Source: a bacterium (GTDB lineage: Bacteria > Patescibacteriota > Minisyncoccia > Phycocordibacterales > Phycocordibacteraceae). Taken from it: 35,514 nt of DNA. A model generated the notes under the pieces. That model searched no databases. It saw nothing but the letters and a program-made list of their open reading frames with translations, and had not been told where the DNA came from. Position 1 is the stretch's first letter. Each line of letters opens with the position of its first letter. The stretch lies in NCBI GenBank assembly GCA_900299275.1, contig OMJE01000017.1:1-35514 (forward strand), written 5' to 3'. Positions 1 to 8,932 of the stretch are shown here, one piece after another. A program made the translations under genes and the position numbers.

Positions 1-1651
1 GTGTCACTGGGGACACAAAAACAAGATCAATGGCTGGCAAGGTTGCCGCCGTCGAGCGAACATCCTCCTTCCCTTTTTCAGTAAGATTGTGCACGCGCTC
101 AACGTCTGCTCCGGCACTGGTCACTCCGGCCACATTGCTTTCTGCCTGCCCATGGCGCATCACAACATAGGTGTTGCCCGACTTCTTGGTGCGCGCACGC
201 AGTTCATTGAGCGAGCCAATGACCGTGACGGTTCCTGCAGCATCTTTCCAAATCGGCAACGGACTTGCCCAAAAGCGATTGCGCGAAATGGTCCAGTCTG
301 GTGCTGTTGACACTATGTTTGAAAATCGTCCGTGCTTTAGGTGGTCCGGCATCCAGCGGATGGACTCATTTTCAGACAGCAATGTTTCTTTTACGTCTTG
401 CACCTTGATAAACCACGAGGAGACGGCGTTGTAGATGAGTCGCGCACCGCAACGATAACAGTGCGGATAGGAGTGCGTGTGAGGCGCACTCGACACCACG
501 AGTCCGCGGCGCTCCAGATCTTCACGAATGGCCGCCCCAGCTTTTTTGTAGAAATGACCACGCAGCATTTCTGGCGCATCGTCATTGTAGGTACCATTTG
601 CCGTGAGGAGCGGTACCATGGGCACTCCTTCGCGTTGTCCTACATTGAAGTCATCTTCGCCATAGATGGGCGCGATGTGTACGATGCCCGTACCGTCTTC
701 GGTCGTCACAAAATCAGCCGTGGTCACTTTCCACGCTGCTCCGCCGCTTTGACCTACCGCTTCGATCTCATAGAGCGGCTCATACGAGAGGCCGGTGAGC
801 TCACTCCCCAGGCGCTCCGTTACTTGAGCACCGAGACCAAGACTCTCTGCGCGCTCTACTGCCGCCACATAGTGCTCATCACCGGAAGTGTAGACGCCGT
901 AACGGATCTCGGGACCCACGGCAAGCAGCACGTTTGCGGGCAGCGTCCACGGCGTGGTTGTCCACGCGAGCACATAGGTGTTTTTGGGGAGACCAGCGCT
1001 TTCTGGATCGCGCAGTTTGAACTTGACCGTGAGCGTCTCGTCCGTCACGTCCTTATACGTGTTGTCCATGGCGATTTCAGCCTTCGCAAGCGGCGTCTCA
1101 CAGTGCGGACAGAACATCAGTACCTTTCGTCCTTCGTACAGTTTTCCCTGGTCGTGAATACGCTTCAAGCCCCACCACACACTTTCGATGTACGAGTTGT
1201 CCATCGTCTTATACGAATTATCAAAATCAACGAAACGTCCGATGCGTCGTATATAGCGCTTCCATTCGTGAATGAATTCCAGGACTGTGGCACGCGCTTC
1301 TTTATTGAAAGCCTTCACGCCGATCTCAAGTATTTCTTTTTTGTTTTTTAGACCAAGCTTCTTCTCAACCAGACTTTCAATCGGCAAGCCATGCGTGTCC
1401 CACCCCCAACGACGACGCACAAAGTACCCGCGCATTGTTTTGTACCGACCAAAAAGATCCTTTGAGGTACTGCCCAAAATGTGACCGTGGTGCGGAAGGC
1501 CGGTCGCAAAGGGCGGCCCGTCGTAAAAGACGAATTCTCCGTTCGGCGCATCTTTCGCAAGCGACTTTTCGAATATCTGCTCACGATCCCAAAATGCCAG
1601 GATCTCCTCCTCGCGCTTTGCCACATCGGTCTTGAGAGGCTCGTTAGCCAT
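1..1651 (-). CDS. ileS: Isoleucyl-tRNA synthetase (type 2-like), runs off the left edge, with an inserted histidine phosphatase domain
   Basis: Manual translation from ATG 1651 (absent from the ORF track because no stop lies in the window): FVFYDGPPFATGLPHHGH, WGWDTHGLPIE, WTTTPWTLPAN, EDGTGIVHIAP, DWTISRNRFWASPLPIW, then YVVMRHGQAESN. Confidence 0.95.
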   Translation of the reverse strand, partial: MANEPLKTDVAKREEEILAFWDREQIFEKSLAKDAPNGEFVFYDGPPFATGLPHHGHILGSTSKDLFGRYKTMRGYFVRRRWGWDTHGLPIESLVEKKLGLKNKKEILEIGVKAFNKEARATVLEFIHEWKRYIRRIGRFVDFDNSYKTMDNSYIESVWWGLKRIHDQGKLYEGRKVLMFCPHCETPLAKAEIAMDNTYKDVTDETLTVKFKLRDPESAGLPKNTYVLAWTTTPWTLPANVLLAVGPEIRYGVYTSGDEHYVAAVERAESLGLGAQVTERLGSELTGLSYEPLYEIEAVGQSGGAAWKVTTADFVTTEDGTGIVHIAPIYGEDDFNVGQREGVPMVPLLTANGTYNDDAPEMLRGHFYKKAGAAIREDLERRGLVVSSAPHTHSYPHCYRCGARLIYNAVSSWFIKVQDVKETLLSENESIRWMPDHLKHGRFSNIVSTAPDWTISRNRFWASPLPIWKDAAGTVTVIGSLNELRARTKKSGNTYVVMRHGQAESNVAGVTSAGADVERVHNLTEKGKEDVRSTAATLPAIDLVFVSPVT

Positions 1652-1685
1652 ATTTCCCTATCGTAGCGTTTATGCGCCAAAAATG

Positions 1686-1722
1686 AAAATGGCCACGAGG
1701 TTTGGTACCTCGTGGCCATTTT
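1686..1722. terminator. Intrinsic terminator hairpin
   Basis: Perfect inverted repeat aaaatggccacgaggt / acctcgtggccatttt just after the stop of ORF 1729-1974. Confidence 0.8.
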
Positions 1723-1728
1723 ATTGAA

Positions 1729-1974
1729 TCAGGCCCTGCGCAGTTCTTCGTGCGGCCGCTGCAGGGATTCAAAGTGGTCAGCGAACTTCACGATCGCCCG
1801 TGCGATAAAATCCTTTGCACGCCTCGGACGCTCACCGTTCAGCTGCCGCCGAATCTTCTCTGCCTCCAGCGCGACGTCGATCTCCGCGCCGTGCCTCCGT
1901 ACGAACTCACAGAACCCCTCGATTGAGGTCCGTGCCCGTTTGGCCTGCTTCCTTACATGTTGCGCATCAGACAT
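1729..1974 (-). CDS. Hypothetical basic protein, 81 aa
   Basis: AAGGAGG SD upstream of ATG 1974; fills the argS-ileS gap; has its own terminator. Confidence 0.65.
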   Translation of the reverse strand: MSDAQHVRKQAKRARTSIEGFCEFVRRHGAEIDVALEAEKIRRQLNGERPRRAKDFIARAIVKFADHFESLQRPHEELRRA

Positions 1975-2054
1975 TACTGAGAGCCTCCTTTCCGAACACA
2001 AAAATGTACGAACCGTGTCGAAATGTACCGCGCCTCCCTTCAGCACGCAAGACG

Positions 2055-3740
2055 CTACATCCGGTCTGGTGTGGGTATCCCGAGGAGCGTGAGGCCATTG
2101 GTCATCGTGGTGGCAAAGGCCTTTGCTACGCGCTGCTTGTACGCCTCCTCTGGAGAGCCGAGGATTTGCTCACTTGCATAGAAGGCATTCCAGCTTGCAG
2201 CAAGCTCCGTGAGGTACGTGAGCAGAAGGTTCGGCGCGAGTTCACGCGCGGCGCGCGCTACGACTTCTGGGTAATGCACAATGAGCCGCTCCACCGCATA
2301 GGGCTCCGCCGGCTCTTCTTTACCACCTTCCCCATTGTCGCCATAGGCAAGGATTTTCTTCGCGCGCACCAGTGCATACTGGAGATATGGCCCCGAATCA
2401 CCTTCGAGTGAAAGTGATTTCTCTGGGTCAAAAATAATGTCTGACCCCGCTGACTGCCGGAGCACCATGTACTTAATCGCACCAACTGCTACTTGAGCAG
2501 CAACCACGGCATCGCTGTTACGCTCTGCTGCCTTGGCGACGATATCGTCGTAAAACGCAACTGCAGTAATGACCGTACCCTCGCGTGAAGACATCTTGCC
2601 TTCAGTAAGACGGAAGAATCCATGCGGCACATGCTGCGTTTTTGCCGCCAACTGAGGGGCAAGCTCGCTAAGCGCCGCAAGTACCACCTTGAAATGCCCC
2701 ACTTGTTCGTTCGAGGTAACAATGATGCTTTCGTCCGACGGGATTCGTTCCTCTTTCAAAAATGCGAGACCCACATCCTTTGCTTCATAGGTGGGAGTGC
2801 CGCGACTGGTGATAAACACCAGCGTATGGAGCCCTTTCTTCTCGCCATCATAGATTACCGCTCCCTCGCTTTCGGTAAACACACCCGCAGCGAGCCCATC
2901 GCGAACCACGCGCAGTCCTGGCTCACTGGTGTCGCTATCAAAAAAGTCATAATCGAGCTTCGTACCAAAGAGTGCAAAAACGCGCCGGATCTCTTCCATC
3001 GAAACCTCTCGCCCTTGCTGCCACAATGTGTACAGCGCATGATCATCTTCGTTCAACGATTCGCCACGACCGCCACGCCCGACCACGTCGTATATGCGTA
3101 CGTTCAACGCATCGATCTCACTCTTTGCTTGTTCATCGGTCTCATATGCTGTGGCGCCCGTAACATACGCCGCGCCAATTTCTGCCGCGGTCACAATCTC
3201 AACAAGGCCCTGTTTACGCGCTCCCCACAAAGCCTTCGCGACGTGCGGCCCCACGTCGCCACCAAACGAGCAACCGAGAACCTCCGCACCACGCGAGCGC
3301 TTCAGGCGAGCAAAAGCCTCGCCGAGTATTGCGCTCATCAAGTGCCCTACATGCATTTCTTTAAATGGATTCGGGTTCGCGTAGTCGACGAGCACGCGCT
3401 TACCCTTCGTATCAGTTCCCGCACCCCAATCCTCCCCTTTGGCTGCCGCTTCAGCGACCGCAAGTGTGATCGCGTCGCGTGAGAGCGTGATGTTTATGAA
3501 GCCAGGACCGGCCACCGACACATTCTCTGCAGTCGTCCCCAAATGAAAGGCGATGCCTTCGCCGAGTGTGTTTGCAAGCTCACGCGGATTTTTGGTCAAA
3601 GTCTTCGCCGCAACGAGAGCAGCGTTCGTAGCATAATCACCAAAAGCACTGGCGGTTGGGCGCTCAACAGTAAACTCGACGCCGAGGGCGCCGGCTTCGG
3701 TAAGCGCCGCCTGCACGGCACGAATGATTCGCTCTTCCAT
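2055..3740 (-). CDS. argS: Arginyl-tRNA synthetase
   Basis: FGDYATN, GPGFINI, DYANPNPFKEMHVGH, KMSSREG, GPYLQYA. Confidence 0.97.
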   Translation of the reverse strand: MEERIIRAVQAALTEAGALGVEFTVERPTASAFGDYATNAALVAAKTLTKNPRELANTLGEGIAFHLGTTAENVSVAGPGFINITLSRDAITLAVAEAAAKGEDWGAGTDTKGKRVLVDYANPNPFKEMHVGHLMSAILGEAFARLKRSRGAEVLGCSFGGDVGPHVAKALWGARKQGLVEIVTAAEIGAAYVTGATAYETDEQAKSEIDALNVRIYDVVGRGGRGESLNEDDHALYTLWQQGREVSMEEIRRVFALFGTKLDYDFFDSDTSEPGLRVVRDGLAAGVFTESEGAVIYDGEKKGLHTLVFITSRGTPTYEAKDVGLAFLKEERIPSDESIIVTSNEQVGHFKVVLAALSELAPQLAAKTQHVPHGFFRLTEGKMSSREGTVITAVAFYDDIVAKAAERNSDAVVAAQVAVGAIKYMVLRQSAGSDIIFDPEKSLSLEGDSGPYLQYALVRAKKILAYGDNGEGGKEEPAEPYAVERLIVHYPEVVARAARELAPNLLLTYLTELAASWNAFYASEQILGSPEEAYKQRVAKAFATTMTNGLTLLGIPTPDRM

Positions 3741-3767
3741 ATGAGCGAGTGTAGCAAATCTAACAAA

Positions 3768-5027
3768 TCAGTCGAACGACTCAGGGATCGGGTGAGCTTC
3801 AGACAGCGCTTCGACTTCGATCTTTGCGGTAGTCACATCTTTCGCCTTAGTAAGCACGTCGAGCATGAGTTCGGCAATCTGTGCACTATCGGTCTCCGCA
3901 CATCCGCGTGTCGTAATGGCGGGCGTTCCAAAACGAATACCTGAAGGATCCATCGGCGCACGAACATCATTTGCGATCATATTTTTGTTGAGCGTGATTC
4001 CCGCTGCGTCGAGCATTTTTTCTGCTTCAGCTCCGGTGATGCCGAGCGAACCGTACACATCAGCAAGAATGAGATGATTGCTCGTGCCGCCCGTGATCAT
4101 GCGCACGCCACGCGCCTTACACACCTCTGCCATTGCCGAGGCATTCTTAATCACTTGTGCCGCATAGGTTTTAAACGATGGGCGGAGCGCTTCACCAAAA
4201 GCAACTGCCTTTGCTGCGATCTGATGCATATGCGGGCCACCCTGGAGACCCGGGAAAACTGATTTGTCGATCTTCTTTGCGAGCTCTTCGCTCTCGCGGG
4301 TGAGGATCATCCCGCCGCGTGGGCCACGCAGAGTCTTGTGCGTGGTCATGGTCATAATGTCGAAGCCATAGTCGAAAGGATTCTTCGCTGCCCCACCGGC
4401 AGTGAGTCCTGCGATATGCGCTGCATCCATCACGGCGAGCGCGCCCACCTCGCGCGCTATAGCGACCAACTTTTCGTAATCGAACTCGCGTGGATATGCC
4501 GAGTAGCCCGCAAGCAAGATCTTCGGCTTCACTTCTTTGGCAATACGGAGCATCTCGTCGTAGTCAATTTCCCCAGTCTCAATGTCTTTCATTCCGTAGC
4601 GAACAAAATTAAAGATCTTTGTGAGATACGTCACCGGATGACCATGCGTAAGGTGTCCCCCGTGTGAGAGGTCCATGCCGAGTACCGTATCGCCAGGTTC
4701 AAGCAGTGCGAAGTACATCGCGATGTTGGCATTCGCGCCGCCAAGCGGCTGCACGTTCGCGTAGCCAGCGTTAAAAAGATTTTTTGCGCGCTCTATAGCA
4801 AGCGTCTCGACCTGGTCGGCGTATTCCTGGCCGCCATAGTAGCGTTTGCCGGGATACCCTTCAGAGTATTTGTTGGTGAGGCTCGAGGCCATCGCCTCTT
4901 TGACTGCGGCCGAGACATAGTTTTCGCTCGGAATAAGTTCAAGACCGCGCACCTCGCGCGCATCTTCACCAACAAGTGCCTCATAGACGCTCGCATCCTC
5001 TTCTTGGATATGCCTGTAATCACTCAT
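3768..5027 (-). CDS. glyA: Serine hydroxymethyltransferase
   Basis: LIPSEN, NKYSEGYPGKRYYGG, GGHLTHG, TTHKTLRGPRGG. Confidence 0.98.
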   Translation of the reverse strand: MSDYRHIQEEDASVYEALVGEDAREVRGLELIPSENYVSAAVKEAMASSLTNKYSEGYPGKRYYGGQEYADQVETLAIERAKNLFNAGYANVQPLGGANANIAMYFALLEPGDTVLGMDLSHGGHLTHGHPVTYLTKIFNFVRYGMKDIETGEIDYDEMLRIAKEVKPKILLAGYSAYPREFDYEKLVAIAREVGALAVMDAAHIAGLTAGGAAKNPFDYGFDIMTMTTHKTLRGPRGGMILTRESEELAKKIDKSVFPGLQGGPHMHQIAAKAVAFGEALRPSFKTYAAQVIKNASAMAEVCKARGVRMITGGTSNHLILADVYGSLGITGAEAEKMLDAAGITLNKNMIANDVRAPMDPSGIRFGTPAITTRGCAETDSAQIAELMLDVLTKAKDVTTAKIEVEALSEAHPIPESFD

Positions 5028-5041
5028 AAAGAGATGGTAGC

Positions 5042-5082
5042 AAAAAAGAAACCGGTGCGCCCCTTGTAAGGGCGCACCGGTT
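5042..5082 (-). terminator. Intrinsic terminator of tmk
   Basis: Stem aaccggtgcgccc / gggcgcaccggtt followed by a T-run on the minus strand. Confidence 0.8.
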
Positions 5083-5087
5083 GTTTC

Positions 5088-5729
5088 CTAGCACACGCGG
5101 TGCTCACGCAAGATCGCACGTGTTGCCGCGTGCATCGCTTCCGGTGTCTGTGTGGCATCAACAAACTCAACCACCTCATGCTCGTACGCGAACTTCTTAA
5201 ATCCTTCACGTACGCGCGCATAGTACTCAAGCGGACGATCGTCGAAGTGATTCCGTGCCCGTTTGGCGTCCTTCATCACTCGGTCACGTGCAACCTCTGG
5301 GGGCAAGTCGTAAATGATGTGCAGCTCGGGCTGCCAACGACCGTCTTTCCGGAATACCTCCGCTCGCAGCATGAAGAACAACACTTGCAGATCGCGTCGC
5401 CCTTCGCCGTAGATTTGGTATGCGTACGTTGACGAATATCCACGATCCGAGAACACATTCTTCCCAGCATACAGCGATGGCATGACCAGCTTCTCGACGA
5501 GCTCCTCACGCGCCGCCCAGAAGAGAAGAAAGTTATTAAGCGGCGTCGACTGCCCCGCAAGCGGGTTGTCGCGCACTAGTGACCTAATCTCTTCTGCGAA
5601 GGGCGTGCCGCCGGGCTCCTGCGTAAACACCGTGTTTTTGAGCAACAAGCGTCGCAGCAGGTCGAGTTGCACACCCTTGCCGGATCCGTCCATGCCGTCG
5701 AACACGACATATTTTCCGAACTTACTCAC
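5088..5729 (-). CDS. tmk: Thymidylate kinase
   Basis: P-loop DGMDGSGKG, TQEPGGT, SDRGYSSTYAYQ; AGGAGG SD before the GTG start. Confidence 0.93.
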   Translation of the reverse strand: MSKFGKYVVFDGMDGSGKGVQLDLLRRLLLKNTVFTQEPGGTPFAEEIRSLVRDNPLAGQSTPLNNFLLFWAAREELVEKLVMPSLYAGKNVFSDRGYSSTYAYQIYGEGRRDLQVLFFMLRAEVFRKDGRWQPELHIIYDLPPEVARDRVMKDAKRARNHFDDRPLEYYARVREGFKKFAYEHEVVEFVDATQTPEAMHAATRAILREHRVC

Positions 5730-5802
5730 AAGGAACCTCCTTTGTGTTTCTCACGGTAGCGTAAAGGACGCCCGCTCGGAGAGCAAGCGGTATACTACCC
5801 GA

Positions 5803-6474
5803 ATGGCACTTTCCGATACACGCATCCTTGAAGCCCGCGACCGCGGCGATATTGTTATTGATCCGTTCATTCCTGCAAACCTAGCGACCTCGAGTTACGA
5901 CGTGACGCTTGGCGAGTGGTATTACCGCGAACAACCGCCGGGCAGCCACAGCATCTACAACATTTGGAGCAAGAACCATATGCAACACGTCTGGGGCGCT
6001 CACAAAGTGGAGCGCGCCATATCCGCAAAAGAAGCTTTCAAAGAATACAATTTTGCCTGGGACGGCATCAGCCCAAAGGATAAAGTTATATTGCTGCGCC
6101 CGGGAGAAACTATTCTTGCGCACACCAATGAATTCATTGGCGGAAAAAATTCCATCACGACGATGATGAAGGCGCGCTCCTCGATGGGACGAAACTTTAT
6201 CGAGGTATGTAAATGCGCGGGCTGGGGTGATGTTGGCTACGTGAATCGCTGGACGATGGAAATCACCAACAACTCCACGCATTACTTGATCCCCCTCGTA
6301 GTCGGACGTCGAATCGCACAGATCATCTTTTTTGAAACGGGCCCGATTCGCGCAAGCGATTACGCCGCAGCCGGCAAATACCAAACCACGACTGATATCA
6401 AAGCGCTTAAAAAAGCGTGGAAACCGGAAATGATGCTACCAAAACTGTATCTCGACCGGGACATTACAACATAG
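5803..6474 (+). CDS. dcd: dCTP deaminase (dUTPase-like fold)
   Basis: MALSD..I, SSYDVTLG, ARSSMGR, AGWGDVGY..RWTMEI, RIAQIIF; start reset to ATG 5803, just after TATACT. Confidence 0.88.
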   Translation: MALSDTRILEARDRGDIVIDPFIPANLATSSYDVTLGEWYYREQPPGSHSIYNIWSKNHMQHVWGAHKVERAISAKEAFKEYNFAWDGISPKDKVILLRPGETILAHTNEFIGGKNSITTMMKARSSMGRNFIEVCKCAGWGDVGYVNRWTMEITNNSTHYLIPLVVGRRIAQIIFFETGPIRASDYAAAGKYQTTTDIKALKKAWKPEMMLPKLYLDRDITT

Positions 6475-6503
6475 AAAAACGGCGGCTCCTTGCGGAGCCG
6501 CCG
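6475..6503. terminator. Terminator between convergent dcd and thyX
   Basis: cggcggctcc-ttgc-ggagccgccg with a T-run on the minus strand. Confidence 0.75.
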
Positions 6504-6510
6504 CCTTGTT

Positions 6511-7335
6511 TCAGACCTTCCAGTGCGCGGGTACGAGTGCGCCGTGCTGTTCCTTGAAGTCGCCGAAAAGCTCGGGCACTTCTGCAATCATGATCTTCCC
6601 GATCTTCATGCAGACGTGTGCGATCTCCTCTTCGGCGCTCTCATCGGTACGCATCGCGATGACGTGCCGCAGAGCCCGAAGGTTGAGCGACCAGACGCCG
6701 CCGGTCGCAATGCCCATCCCGATGCCGCGACGAAAAGCCGAGGTGAGCGTCTTCTTGCCATGGAAGGTGCTTTCCGGAGCAAGCTCCTTCTGCCACACCT
6801 TCTCGAAGTCGGCAATCATGGCTTCCTGGCTCTTGAACTGCTCATTGAGCAAGAGCCTGCTCTTAAGCTTCTTCACCATGAGCTCCTCGGAATCACCCTC
6901 CTCGGGACGAAAACACGCCGGCATCCAGTACTCGATGTTTCGGTACCGAATGTAGCGCATGCTTCGTTCCGAGACGCCGACACCGGCACGATGCCGATTC
7001 ATCTCCCCTGTGAACACACGAGAGCAGCCATTGATCCCGAACGTGAAGACGGCATGTTCGAGCACCGAACCGTGCCCTTGCCTGAGCACATTGTCGAGGT
7101 ACGCGATCATGTCCGTGCGAACCTTGTTGACGTTCGGATTCAAACCAGGCTGAAACGCCATGTAGCACTGCTTGGCTGCGAGCGCCACGAGCAGCGCCGG
7201 GTCCGAAATCTCTTCTTCCGTCGGGACCTCAAACTCAGTCACACCCATATCATCGAGCCAGGCATCGACCGCTTCGCGGTCAACCACACTTTTCGCGAGT
7301 CGAAACACGCGAATCTCATCGAACGCTGTTGCCAT
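6511..7335 (-). CDS. thyX: Flavin-dependent thymidylate synthase
   Basis: GHGSVLEH, SRVFTGEMNRHR....SERSMRY (ThyX motif), NLRALRH..MR....AEEEI; AAGGAG SD. Confidence 0.93.
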   Translation of the reverse strand: MATAFDEIRVFRLAKSVVDREAVDAWLDDMGVTEFEVPTEEEISDPALLVALAAKQCYMAFQPGLNPNVNKVRTDMIAYLDNVLRQGHGSVLEHAVFTFGINGCSRVFTGEMNRHRAGVGVSERSMRYIRYRNIEYWMPACFRPEEGDSEELMVKKLKSRLLLNEQFKSQEAMIADFEKVWQKELAPESTFHGKKTLTSAFRRGIGMGIATGGVWSLNLRALRHVIAMRTDESAEEEIAHVCMKIGKIMIAEVPELFGDFKEQHGALVPAHWKV

Positions 7336-7399
7336 TTCTTTCTCCTTGGCGCGTGTGCGCCGTACTCTGGTCCGCAGTCACTCTACGTGACCAGGAAAC

Positions 7400-7442
7400 A
7401 AAAGCAAATACCCGCGGCCAGAGGCCGCGGGTATTTGCTTTT
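7400..7442. terminator. Intrinsic terminator after the rplK operon
   Basis: 20-bp perfect inverted repeat aaaagcaaatacccgcggcc / ggccgcgggtatttgctttt. Confidence 0.85.
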
Positions 7443-7454
7443 ATGCACTGAAAT

Positions 7455-7542
7455 TTACTTAAGCACTTCTACCCACGCATACTTTTCTGCTGAAAAGTTG
7501 CGCGGGCCCGCCTCGGGCCGCCGCCCTCCGGCTTGTGGAAGT
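7455..7542 (-). repeat. Structured interspersed element, copy A (rplK 3' end)
   Basis: Core gccggagggcggcggcccgaggcggg..acttttcagcagaaaagt; 7455-7472 matches rplK end 7543-7560 at 16/18; 7535-7542 is the inverse of 7553-7560. Confidence 0.85.
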
Positions 7543-7965
7543 TTATTTAAGCACTTCCACGCCCATTGAACGTGCCGTTCCCGCAATCGTGCGTGCAGCT
7601 GCTTCTGCAGATGCAGCATTCATGTCGGGCATCTTCTCCTTCACAATGTCCTCGATCTGCTTCATCGTGATCTTGCCCACCTTCTGACTTGGCGTCTTGC
7701 CTGATCCCTTTTCAATGCCGAGCGCCTTCAAAATGAGGCGCGATGCCGGTGGATTCTTCAAGATGAACGTAAAGGTGCGGTCATCGTATACCGAGAGCTC
7801 TACAGGGATGATCATGCCGCGCTTATCCTTTGTTGCCTCGTTGAACTGGGTCACAAATTGACCAATGTTCACGCCAGCAGGACCAAGTGCGGTACCAACC
7901 GGAGGTGCCGGCGTTGCTGCGCCGCCGGGAATCTGGAGTTTTATTTTTTTCGTTACGGTTGCCAT
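7543..7965 (-). CDS. rplK: 50S ribosomal protein L11
   Basis: [33 protein letters not shown]. Confidence 0.98.
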   Translation of the reverse strand: MATVTKKIKLQIPGGAATPAPPVGTALGPAGVNIGQFVTQFNEATKDKRGMIIPVELSVYDDRTFTFILKNPPASRLILKALGIEKGSGKTPSQKVGKITMKQIEDIVKEKMPDMNAASAEAAARTIAGTARSMGVEVLK

Positions 7966-8006
7966 ATGACTGTGTGAGGATACCTTACTATCGCTAAATT
8001 GCCAAA

Positions 8007-8645
8007 TCAGAGCTTGCGCACCTGAAGGAAGTCGAGTTCGACCGGCGTCTCGCGGCCAAACATCGAAACCATGACCTTTACCTTGCCGCGATCCTCATCG
8101 ATCTCACCCACCTTACCTTCAAGATCTTTGAATGGCCCGTCGACGATCGCCACAGGATCATCCTTTACGAGGTCAATGCGGTGCTTCGGTGCCTCTGCGT
8201 GCATACGCTTCATAAGCGACGACACTTCGCTCTCTTCCATAGGCACCGGCGTATTCCCTGCCCCTACGAAGCCGGTGACGCGTGGCGTATTGCGCACTAC
8301 AAACCACGAGTCGTCGTCCACGATCATGCGCACAAGGACGTATCCAGGGTAAATCTTTTCCTCTTCCACAATGCGCTTGCCGCCCTTCACGCGAATCTTC
8401 TTTTCCGTCGGCACGATCACATCGAAGATTTTGTTCTCCATGCCCAAAGACTCAATGCGCTGCTTTAAGTTGCGCTCAACCGCATTTTCATACCCTGCAT
8501 AGGTATGAATGGTGTACCAACGCGCGTCCTCCTTATTGTAGGTCGTGTCGTCAATGACTTCCTTGCGCACCACGGGCGCAATGTCTGCCATCCCGTCCTC
8601 GCCGGTCTCTTCCTGATCTATCTTCTGCTCCGTGTCTTCATTCAT
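8007..8645 (-). CDS. nusG: Transcription factor NusG with an acidic N-terminal extension
   Basis: [30 protein letters not shown] motif, [15 protein letters not shown]. Confidence 0.97.
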   Translation of the reverse strand: MNEDTEQKIDQEETGEDGMADIAPVVRKEVIDDTTYNKEDARWYTIHTYAGYENAVERNLKQRIESLGMENKIFDVIVPTEKKIRVKGGKRIVEEEKIYPGYVLVRMIVDDDSWFVVRNTPRVTGFVGAGNTPVPMEESEVSSLMKRMHAEAPKHRIDLVKDDPVAIVDGPFKDLEGKVGEIDEDRGKVKVMVSMFGRETPVELDFLQVRKL

Positions 8646-8658
8646 AGTCAAAAAATGA

Positions 8659-8844
8659 TTACGCGCCGATCATGTAGCCGATAATCGCCCGAAGCACTGC
8701 ATCCACACTACCCACAAGTACGGTGATGATAGCAGCAATAGCTACAACCACGAGCGTGTGCGCGATGGCCTTATGGCGTGAGGGCCACACAATGTGAACA
8801 AATTCCGCGCGAACATGCTTTATATACGAAGTGAGTGCGTTCAT
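8659..8844 (-). CDS. secE: Preprotein translocase subunit SecE
   Basis: AEFVHIVWPSR plus one TM helix; directly upstream of nusG. Confidence 0.9.
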   Translation of the reverse strand: MNALTSYIKHVRAEFVHIVWPSRHKAIAHTLVVVAIAAIITVLVGSVDAVLRAIIGYMIGA

Positions 8845-8894
8845 AGGCAAAGTGACTGGTAAATAAAAAAGCCCCGCGGGCTTTCATACCCAAT

Positions 8895-8923
8895 AGGATA
8901 GTACAGGCACAGGCACCCGTCAA
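8895..8923 (-). promoter_or_regulatory. Sigma70-type promoter of secE-nusG-rplK
   Basis: TTGACG-17 nt-TATCCT on the minus strand. Confidence 0.55.
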
Positions 8924-8932
8924 GTACGGGCG

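Noticed and set aside
341-1351. 336-aa plus-strand ORF
   Set aside because: Antisense shadow of ileS, which has clear motifs on the minus strand.
6490-7569. 359-aa plus-strand ORF (also 2622-3482, 11655-12413 and 24781-25674)
   Set aside because: Antisense to thyX, argS, the DnaA-like gene and polA; no recognisable motifs.
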